Source of the DNA: Acidimicrobiales bacterium
Lineage (GTDB): Bacteria; Actinomycetota; Acidimicrobiia; Acidimicrobiales; SZUA-35
Direction: 5' to 3'
DNA: 44,386 nucleotides
NCBI GenBank assembly: GCA_041584095.1
Contig: JBFHEP010000001.1
Coordinates: 1-44,386, forward strand
Numbering within the stretch: position 1 is the stretch's first letter; each line of letters begins with the position of its first letter. Below are positions 37,749 to 44,386 of the stretch, one piece after another. The position numbers and the translations under genes are program-made. The notes beneath the pieces were generated by a model that worked only from the letters and a program-made list of their open reading frames with translations, made no database searches and had not been told where the DNA came from.

Positions 37749-38138
37749 TCACGCACCGAACGCGCGGAAGAAGCAGGAGTATTCGCCGGTGTGGCACGCT
37801 CCCGCACCCTCCTGACGGACGCGGAACAGCAGCGTGTCGCCGTCGCAGTCGTAGGATGCCTGCTCGATCCACTGGCGATCACCCGAGGTGTCGCCCTTCC
37901 GCCACACTTCGGCCCGGGAGCGGCTCCAGAACACGGTGCGGCCCTCAGCCAGCGACAGTTGCAGCGTCTCGGCGTTCATCCACGCCATCATCAGCACGGC
38001 GCCGGTCTCGACGTCCTGCACGATGGCCGGTACGAGGCCGTTGGCGTCGTATTTCACGGCAGCCAGTTGCTCGGCCGTTGGCTCGACGACGCGACCCTGG
38101 GTATCGGCAGTGGGGGCGGGACCAGTGGCTTCGGACAT
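37749..38138 (-). CDS. hisI: Phosphoribosyl-AMP cyclohydrolase
   Basis: [26 protein letters not shown]...FWSRSR...WRKGDTSG...DCDGDTLL...[13 protein letters not shown]. The ATG at 38138 has GGAG upstream. Confidence 0.9.
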   Translation of the reverse strand: MSEATGPAPTADTQGRVVEPTAEQLAAVKYDANGLVPAIVQDVETGAVLMMAWMNAETLQLSLAEGRTVFWSRSRAEVWRKGDTSGDRQWIEQASYDCDGDTLLFRVRQEGAGACHTGEYSCFFRAFGA

Positions 38139-38244
38139 AGCTCCGAGGCTACTCACTCCTCCGCCCGACCGGACCGGTCTGCCGCCGCGGACCACTCGAT
38201 GGGCTGCCCGACGGCGGCCCGCCCGGGCTACCGGTACCGCCGGG

Positions 38245-38754
38245 CTACAGGTAGAGGCCCATGGGAGAGTCGTCGAGCCGCTCGGCGGCAACAGCATGGA
38301 TGTCGCGTTCGCGCAAGATGATGTAGTCCTTGCCGCCGACCTCGACCTCGTAACGATCCTCGGGGTTGAACAGCACCCGGTCGCCCAGTTCCATCGACCG
38401 GACGCTGGGCCCGGCAGCCACGATCTCGGCCCACGTGAGCCGCTTGCCCACCTGGGCGGTGGCCGGGATGAGAATACCACCGGACGACTTGCGATCACCA
38501 TCGGGACCTTCGAGCTGGACGAGGATTCGATCGTGCATCATCTTGATCGGCAGACCCTCTCCGGCCCGGCTCGACCGCTTCGATGAGCCCGCGGTCAACG
38601 ACTTCGCAGCATCGGACCGCTCCGCCTCCGCCTCCGAGTCCTTCCGGTGAGCCGACGACTCGTCGGTGGTCGCCGCGTCGGGGTTGTCGAGTCCCGACAC
38701 GAGCACATCCTCGTCGGCCAGGGCATTGACCTTGTTGTCATCAGCGTTGCTCAT
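38245..38754 (-). CDS. GroES (Cpn10)-fold paralog with a ~70 aa acidic, low-complexity N-terminal extension
   Basis: The C-terminal ~95 aa, [13 protein letters not shown]...[12 protein letters not shown]...AEIVAAGP...LGDRVLFNP...[12 protein letters not shown], align by eye to GroES. The N-terminus, [18 protein letters not shown]...[18 protein letters not shown], looks disordered. Confidence 0.65.
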   Translation of the reverse strand: MSNADDNKVNALADEDVLVSGLDNPDAATTDESSAHRKDSEAEAERSDAAKSLTAGSSKRSSRAGEGLPIKMMHDRILVQLEGPDGDRKSSGGILIPATAQVGKRLTWAEIVAAGPSVRSMELGDRVLFNPEDRYEVEVGGKDYIILRERDIHAVAAERLDDSPMGLYL

Positions 38755-38827
38755 CACCGTCCAAGATACCGTGGTTGTCGGCCGATCTTCGAAACCTCGA
38801 GGCGTCCTGCGGAGGCCAGACCGAACC

Positions 38828-39529
38828 ATGTCCGATCCACTGTCCGACGTCGAACGACTCGCACTTCACACCTCGGACGGGCTGGGGCTGCGAGCCGAAC
38901 TCCTCGGCGTCGAAGCGGCCGGCGGCCAATCTCCCCGGGCACTGGCCGTGCTGTGCCATCCCCACCCCCTCCACGGCGGCACGATGCACAACCATGTCGT
39001 CGGCGGCCTGTTCTCGGCTCTTCCAGCCGCCGGCGTGCCGGCCATTCGGTTCAACTTCCGGGGCACGTCGGGATCCGAGGGCCGCCACGGTGGGGGCCTC
39101 GACGAACGGCTCGACGTCGTAGCGGCCATTGACGCCATCACCGGCCGCTACCAGGCGACGCGCGATGGGGCCGGCGATGAGCGAGGAGCCGCTCGATCCG
39201 TTCCGGTGCTCCTCGCCGGCTACTCGTTCGGCGCACTGGTTGCGCTGTCGGTCGATCATCCGAGGGTCGGCGGATGGTTCGCAGTGGCCCCGCCGCTCAC
39301 GATGGTCGACGCCGAACCACCGGTGGCCGCCACCGACCCCCGCCCGAAGGTCATCGTGTCCGGAACCGCCGATGATTTCTCACCAGCGTCGGACGTCGAC
39401 CGGCTCACCGAGGGATGGACGACGACCAGGGTGATCCCGCTGCCGGGCGAGAATCACTTCCTGGCGACGGCGTCGGAGATCCTCACGGCCGAGGCCAAGT
39501 CGTTCGTCGACACGATCGCCCGCTCCTAG
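38828..39529 (+). CDS. Alpha/beta-fold hydrolase
   Basis: [27 protein letters not shown], nucleophile elbow LAGYSFGA. I chose the ATG at 38828; the track ORF starts at 38666. Confidence 0.7.
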   Translation: MSDPLSDVERLALHTSDGLGLRAELLGVEAAGGQSPRALAVLCHPHPLHGGTMHNHVVGGLFSALPAAGVPAIRFNFRGTSGSEGRHGGGLDERLDVVAAIDAITGRYQATRDGAGDERGAARSVPVLLAGYSFGALVALSVDHPRVGGWFAVAPPLTMVDAEPPVAATDPRPKVIVSGTADDFSPASDVDRLTEGWTTTRVIPLPGENHFLATASEILTAEAKSFVDTIARS

Positions 39530-40323
39530 CGATTTGCGGGACGGACGTCGAGCCCGGCCGCGGCCAGGGCCTCTTTGGCCTCGGCCACGGTGGCCTGCCC
39601 GAAGTGGAAGATGGTGGCCGCCAGCACGGCGTCGGCTCCTCCCTCGGTAACACCGGGTGCCAGGTGTTCGATACCCCCGACTCCCCCGGAGGCGATCACC
39701 GGGACGGGGACGGCATCGGCCACGGCCCTGGTCATCTCATGATCGAACCCTTGGCCGGTGCCGTCACGGTCCATCGAGGTCATCAGGATCTCGCCGGCTC
39801 CGAGTTCGACGACCTGCTGCGCCCACTCGACCACGTCGAGCCCGGTCGGTGTGCGGCCCCCGTGCACGTAGACCTCGAAACCGGAGGGCAATGCGTCGGC
39901 GTCGACGTCCGATGACTCGGTCGGTCGACGTCCGTCGATGGCCACCACGCAGCATTGGGAACCGAACTCCGTGGCGATCTCGGTCACGAGCTCGGGACGG
40001 GCCACGGCGGCTGAGTTGACCGAGACCTTGTCGGCCCCGGCTCGCAGGAGCCTCCTGGCATCGTCGACGGAACGAACACCGCCCCCGATGGTGAACGGGA
40101 TGAAGACCTGCTCGGCCACTGCGGCGGCCATGGCCACGGTGGTCTCCCGATCCTCGTGGCTGGCCCCGATGTCGAGGAAAACGAGCTCGTCGGCCCCCTG
40201 ACGGTCGTACATCGCCGCCAGTTCGACCGGATCGCCGGCGTCGCGCAGGTCGACGAAATTGACGCCCTTGACAACCCGGCCGTCGGCCACGTCGAGACAG
40301 GGTATGACTCGGATCACCCTCAT
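39526..40323 (-). CDS. hisF: Imidazole glycerol phosphate synthase, cyclase subunit
   Basis: [41 protein letters not shown]. Confidence 0.95.
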   Translation of the reverse strand: MRVIRVIPCLDVADGRVVKGVNFVDLRDAGDPVELAAMYDRQGADELVFLDIGASHEDRETTVAMAAAVAEQVFIPFTIGGGVRSVDDARRLLRAGADKVSVNSAAVARPELVTEIATEFGSQCCVVAIDGRRPTESSDVDADALPSGFEVYVHGGRTPTGLDVVEWAQQVVELGAGEILMTSMDRDGTGQGFDHEMTRAVADAVPVPVIASGGVGGIEHLAPGVTEGGADAVLAATIFHFGQATVAEAKEALAAAGLDVRPANR

Positions 40324-41093
40324 GGCGCCCCCTCCCCGACCGCCTCGACGACCTCGGCGATCGCTCGGCGGGCCTCGGAAACCGTGAAGCTGTGCTCGTA
40401 GAGCGCCCGGCCGACGATGACGCCCTCGAACCGGCGCCCCGAACCGTCGGCGACGTCGACGCTGACGGCGGCCAGGGACCGTAGATGGTCGAGCGAGCCG
40501 ACGCCGCCGGAAGCGACGACGGGGATTGACGTGGCAAGCAGCAGCGCCCGCAGCCCGACTTCATCGGGTCCTTCGAGAGTTCCATCGCGGGAGATCTCCG
40601 TTACGACGAGCGCCTCGACGCCGGTGTCGGCGAACTGATCGGCCAGCTCGATCACCGTGCGGCCCGTACGCTCGGTCCAACCGTGGGTGGCGACCTCGTC
40701 GCCCCTTGCGTCAAGCCCGACCGCAACCCGACCACCGGATGCGACCACATCGGCCACCAGCTGCGGATTCTCCAGTGCAGCCGTGCCGATGACCACTCGA
40801 TGCACACCCGCGTCGAACAGGGCGTCGGCCGCCTCCCGGGTCCGTACCCCGCCACCGACCTGGACCGGCACCGACAGGCGCTCACAGATACGAGCGATGA
40901 CGGGTCGATTGACCGGCTCGCCGGTGAGGGCGGCGTCGAGATCGACGATATGGACAACCTCCGCCCCCTCGGCCACGAAGGCCTCGGCCTGGGCCGGCGG
41001 ATCGTCGCCGTAGACCGTCTGCCGGTCGTAGTCACCCTGGTAAAGGCGCACACACCGGCCGCCTCGCAGATCGATGGCGGGAAACAGCTTCAT
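40320..41093 (-). CDS. hisA: ProFAR isomerase (HisA type)
   Basis: [20 protein letters not shown]...VHIVDLDAA...VQVGGGVR...VASGGVGS...[12 protein letters not shown]-type overlap with hisF. Confidence 0.9.
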   Translation of the reverse strand: MKLFPAIDLRGGRCVRLYQGDYDRQTVYGDDPPAQAEAFVAEGAEVVHIVDLDAALTGEPVNRPVIARICERLSVPVQVGGGVRTREAADALFDAGVHRVVIGTAALENPQLVADVVASGGRVAVGLDARGDEVATHGWTERTGRTVIELADQFADTGVEALVVTEISRDGTLEGPDEVGLRALLLATSIPVVASGGVGSLDHLRSLAAVSVDVADGSGRRFEGVIVGRALYEHSFTVSEARRAIAEVVEAVGEGAP

Positions 41094-41098
41094 CGTGA

Positions 41099-41839
41099 TC
41101 AGGCTCGAGCCGACGCCTCGGCGCCGACGGCGGGATCGACGTCCTCACCACCGGCAGCGATCCGGCAAGCGTCGACAAACGCAGCCAACAGTGCCAGACC
41201 GGGTCGGGCCGACTTCTCGGGGTGGAACTGGGTGGCGAACACGTTGTCCCGACCGACGGCGGCCACGACGGAACCGCCGTAGTCGACCGTGGCCACCGTG
41301 TCATCCCCGAGCTCGGCGGCAAGGCTGTGCACAAAATACATCCACGAGCCGTCGAGTCCGTCGAGCAGACGGCCCACGTACCGGCTCAGCTGATCGGCTT
41401 CGGCCACCACCGACAGTCGGTTCCACTGCATCTGGGGACGTTTGACCGTGTCGGGAAGCCAGCGGATCCTGCCGGGCAGAACACCGAGGCCTGCAACGCC
41501 CGGCGATTCGTCGGATCCGTCGAACAACATCTGCATGCCGACACAGATGCCGAGGAACGGACGACCGGAGGCAACCGCCTGCTGTGCCTGCTCGTCGAGG
41601 CCGCTCGCTCGAAGGGCATTCATGCACGCACCGAACGCACCAACGCCGGGCAGCACGACACCGTCGGCCGATTCGATCAGCTCGACATCGGCCGTGAGGT
41701 GGGCGTCGGCACCGACCTTCTCGAGTGCCTTCTGCGCGGAGCGCAGGTTGCCGATGCCGTAGTCGAGGACGGCGATCGTTGGCTGGGGGGTGCCCCGTTC
41801 CACGGATCGCCCGTTGCCGGCTGACGGCGTGGCGGTCAC
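41099..41839 (-). CDS. hisH: Imidazole glycerol phosphate synthase, glutaminase subunit
   Basis: IAVLDYGIGNLRS, LPGVGAFG, GICVGMQ, ATQFHPEKS. The GTG start overlaps the hisB stop (GTGA). Confidence 0.92.
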   Translation of the reverse strand: MTATPSAGNGRSVERGTPQPTIAVLDYGIGNLRSAQKALEKVGADAHLTADVELIESADGVVLPGVGAFGACMNALRASGLDEQAQQAVASGRPFLGICVGMQMLFDGSDESPGVAGLGVLPGRIRWLPDTVKRPQMQWNRLSVVAEADQLSRYVGRLLDGLDGSWMYFVHSLAAELGDDTVATVDYGGSVVAAVGRDNVFATQFHPEKSARPGLALLAAFVDACRIAAGGEDVDPAVGAEASARA

Positions 41840-42483
41840 AGCGTTCCTTTGGTCGAGGGGATGGAGGATCCCTCGATCCGAACCGCATCACGAAGTGAAC
41901 GGGCGAGACCTTTGAACGTCGCTTCGATGATGTGATGCACGTTCCGACCTCGTTTCAGCGTGACGTGCAGCGTGATTCCGGCACTGGTGGCGAAGCTCCC
42001 GACGGCGTGCTCCGCCATTTGGGGATCGAAGGGGGGATTGCCGAGCGGGATGGCCTCCGGCATGTCGACGTGCCATTCGACGTAGGGCCGTCCCGAAAGG
42101 TCGAGGGCCACCTCGACCAGCGCCTCGTCGAGCGGGTACAGGCCGCTGGCGAATCGTCGCACACCGGCCTTGTCGCCAAGTGCCTCGGAAAAGGCCTCGC
42201 CCAGCACGATCGAGGTGTCCTCGATGGTGTGGTGGGCGTCGATCTCGAGATCGCCGACGGCCTTCACGGACAGGTCGAAGCCGGCGTGACGGCCGAGCTG
42301 ATCCAGCATGTGGTCGAAAAACGGTACGCCGGTCGACACATCGGTGACACCGCTGCCGTCGAGGTCGAGTGCGATGTCGACAGCGGTTTCCTTCGTCGTT
42401 CGGCTCCGTTTGGCCGAGCGGGCGCCGGAGAATGTGCCGGGAGGTTTCCCGGCGGCTGATTCGGACATCGGTTCGGAGGTCAT
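41836..42483 (-). CDS. hisB: Imidazoleglycerol-phosphate dehydratase
   Basis: RTTKETAVDIALDLDG, HHTIEDTSIVLG, GRNVHHIIEATFKG. Confidence 0.93.
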   Translation of the reverse strand: MTSEPMSESAAGKPPGTFSGARSAKRSRTTKETAVDIALDLDGSGVTDVSTGVPFFDHMLDQLGRHAGFDLSVKAVGDLEIDAHHTIEDTSIVLGEAFSEALGDKAGVRRFASGLYPLDEALVEVALDLSGRPYVEWHVDMPEAIPLGNPPFDPQMAEHAVGSFATSAGITLHVTLKRGRNVHHIIEATFKGLARSLRDAVRIEGSSIPSTKGTL

Positions 42484-43610
42484 CGGTCTCCAAGTATGTC
42501 AGCGAGTGCGGCCAGGAACCGACTGTTTTCGGTCGATGTTCCGACCGTCACACGAAGGCAACCGTCAAGGTGTTCCCAGCTGGATGTGTCCCGCACCAGG
42601 ATCGAGCGGTCGACGAGCTGCTGCCAGACCGACGAGCCGGCCCCGGCATCGGCTCGGTGCCCGGGGCGGAAGAGCACGAAGTTCGCTCCGGAAGGCCACA
42701 CCTCGCAGCCCAGTCGCCGCAGCTCGGCGTCGATCCGGCCCCGCTCCTCCATGATGTCGGACACCCGGGCCTCCATCTCGTCGACCAGCGCCAGTGCGGC
42801 TACCCCGGCGGCCTGTTTGAGGCTGTCGAGGTGATACGGCAGCACGACGGTCTCCAGGTCGGCCACGAGCCACGACGGTCCCAGGAGATAGCCGAGACGG
42901 GCCCCGGCCATGGCCCAGGTCTTCGAGAACGTCTTGGTCACCACCATCGAACGATCCTCGGCCACGAGGTCGACCGCCGACCACGAGGAGAACTCGCCGT
43001 AGGCCTCGTCGACGACCAGCAGACCACCGACCGCCTCGACCGCAGCCAGCACGGCGTGGACCGTCTCGACCGGTTCCACCATGCCGGTCGGGTTGTTGGG
43101 CGAACACAGGAAGGTGACGGCCGGTCGGTGTTCGGCCACCGCCGCAACGGCGACGTCCGGGTCGAGTCGGAAGTCGTCGCCTCGCTCGGCCAACAGGGGC
43201 TTCGAGCCGGTGATCCGGGCCAGGTGGCGGTGCAGTGCGTAGGTGGGCTCGAACGTCAGGGTTCGCCGCCCCGGACCGGCATAGGTCAACAACAGCGTCT
43301 GCAGCACCTCGTTCGATCCGTTGGCGCAAAAGACCTGTTCGGGACCGACACCGAAACGTGCGCCGAGTACGGTGCGCAGCTCCGTGGCCGACCGATCGGG
43401 GTAACGATGCCAGTCGAGACCGATGGCGGCGTCGGCCACCGCCTTGGCGAAGGCTTCCGGCGGCGCGGAAGGGGCCTCGTTGGTGTTGAGCCTCACCTCC
43501 ACCGTCACCTGGGGTGAGTGGTACCCGCTCATCGCCGCCAGGTCGTTGCGGACCGACGGCCGATTCGGAGGCCGGTCGGCTGCGTCAACCATCGTTGCCG
43601 TCCTCGTCAT
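42480..43610 (-). CDS. hisC: Histidinol-phosphate aminotransferase
   Basis: LNTNE, NGSNE, PNNPTG, FSKTWAMAGARLGY (PLP lysine). An alternative in-frame ATG at 43592 would overlap the hisD stop by only 8 nt. Confidence 0.9.
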   Translation of the reverse strand: MTRTATMVDAADRPPNRPSVRNDLAAMSGYHSPQVTVEVRLNTNEAPSAPPEAFAKAVADAAIGLDWHRYPDRSATELRTVLGARFGVGPEQVFCANGSNEVLQTLLLTYAGPGRRTLTFEPTYALHRHLARITGSKPLLAERGDDFRLDPDVAVAAVAEHRPAVTFLCSPNNPTGMVEPVETVHAVLAAVEAVGGLLVVDEAYGEFSSWSAVDLVAEDRSMVVTKTFSKTWAMAGARLGYLLGPSWLVADLETVVLPYHLDSLKQAAGVAALALVDEMEARVSDIMEERGRIDAELRRLGCEVWPSGANFVLFRPGHRADAGAGSSVWQQLVDRSILVRDTSSWEHLDGCLRVTVGTSTENSRFLAALADILGDR

Positions 43611-44386
43611 CCGGATCGTTACTGTCGGACAGATCGCGCAGCCGCAACCTCACGCTCTCGGCGTGAGCGGCAAGACCCTCCTGGTCGGCCAGCGCAATGA
43701 CGTGGGGTCCGGCTGCGACCAGCCCGTCGGCGGAGGCGGTGACAACATGGTGGTCCTTGAGGAAATCGCCGACGGTGAGCGCGCTGGCGAACCGGGCCGA
43801 GCCGTAGGTGGGGAGGACGTGGCTCGGTCCGGCGATGTAGTCGCCCAGGGCCGCAGGGGAAAACGTGCCGCAGAACATGGCGCCCGCGTTCTGAACCTTG
43901 GCCGCCATGCCCTCCGCATCGTGGCACATCAGCTCGAGATGTTCCGGTGCGATGGCGTCGACCACCTTGAGGGCATCGGCCGGGGAATCGACCAATGCGA
44001 CGTAGCCGCCCTCGGCCAGAGTCGCACGAACGTCGCCGGCCCGTGGCGACTCCGACACCAGCTTCTCCCCCACCGTGCAGATCTCCTTCGCCACCGCCTC
44101 GTCCCAGGTGACCAGCCACGCCAACCCGTCGGGCCCGTGTTCGGCCTGGACGATCAGATCGATAGCAGCATAGGACGGCTCGGCCGAGTCGTCGGCCACG
44201 ACAACCACCTCGGACGGGCCGGCGAACGCGGCCGCGATGCCGACGTCTCCCGAAACCATTTGCTTGGCCAGCGCCACGTACACATTGCCAGGCCCGGCGA
44301 TCACATCGACCGGCGATATCGACTCGGTCCCGTAGGCCATTGCCGCAATAGCCTGGGCCCCGCCGACCGGGTGGACCTCGTCCACC
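43585..44386 (-). CDS. hisD: Histidinol dehydrogenase, C-terminal ~266 aa; the 5' end lies beyond the right edge
   Basis: AGPSEVVVVAD, QAEHGPD, IAPEHLEL, GDYIAGPSHVLPT. Confidence 0.93.
   Translation of the reverse strand, partial: VDEVHPVGGAQAIAAMAYGTESISPVDVIAGPGNVYVALAKQMVSGDVGIAAAFAGPSEVVVVADDSAEPSYAAIDLIVQAEHGPDGLAWLVTWDEAVAKEICTVGEKLVSESPRAGDVRATLAEGGYVALVDSPADALKVVDAIAPEHLELMCHDAEGMAAKVQNAGAMFCGTFSPAALGDYIAGPSHVLPTYGSARFASALTVGDFLKDHHVVTASADGLVAAGPHVIALADQEGLAAHAESVRLRLRDLSDSNDPDDEDGNDG

Noticed and set aside
38139-38501. Upstream extensions of hisI (to 38501), trpE (to 37882), ygfZ (to 36368), fabZ (to 23651), the hydrolase (from 38666) and the second methyltransferase (to 14800).
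   Set aside because: Each extension overlaps a neighbouring gene or a terminator hairpin and has a low-complexity composition. The internal starts have Shine-Dalgarno sequences or stop/start coupling and give family-typical lengths.

Overview
High-GC actinobacterial-type chromosome, probably a deep-branching lineage such as Acidimicrobiia; the taxon is inferred from gene content and synteny only. Almost all of the window is housekeeping. From left to right: uvrB (5' part) and coaE; a roughly 9 kb accessory block holding an orphan LuxR-type response regulator and a minus-strand Tad-like cluster (cpaB-tadZ-cpaF-tadB-tadC plus a large polytopic membrane protein); rpsA; two SAM methyltransferases; polA; an ANTAR response regulator with a small coiled-coil protein; tRNA-Leu(CAA); a type II fatty-acid synthase cluster (fabD-fabH-fabG-acpP-fabF, with convergent fabZ); hup; a SigH/SigR-like ECF sigma with a ZAS anti-sigma; leuA preceded by a Leu-rich leader peptide; a DUF3179 lipoprotein; and the actinobacterial his-trp supercluster (trpC-F-B-A, trpE, hisI, hisF-A-H-B-C-D), interrupted by an OmpR/HAMP-kinase pair, ygfZ, a GroES paralog and an alpha/beta hydrolase. 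I saw no CRISPR array, transposase, integrase or recognisable defence genes. The best candidate for something new is the Tad-like cluster. It has no Flp pilin, prepilin peptidase or pseudopilin ORF in the window. Its TadB carries a secreted vWA-like N-terminal domain. A GT-C-like membrane protein is translationally coupled to tadC where pilin genes normally sit. Other points worth checking are a FabD fused to a lysine-less biotinyl-like domain, an exact GGAAT-N18-GTT promoter abutting the sigma start codon, a Leu leader upstream of leuA, trpF coexisting with a HisA-type isomerase, a HIT-like gene appended to trpA, and a GroES paralog with a long acidic N-terminal extension. All family assignments come from reading motifs in the translations by eye; no database search was run.
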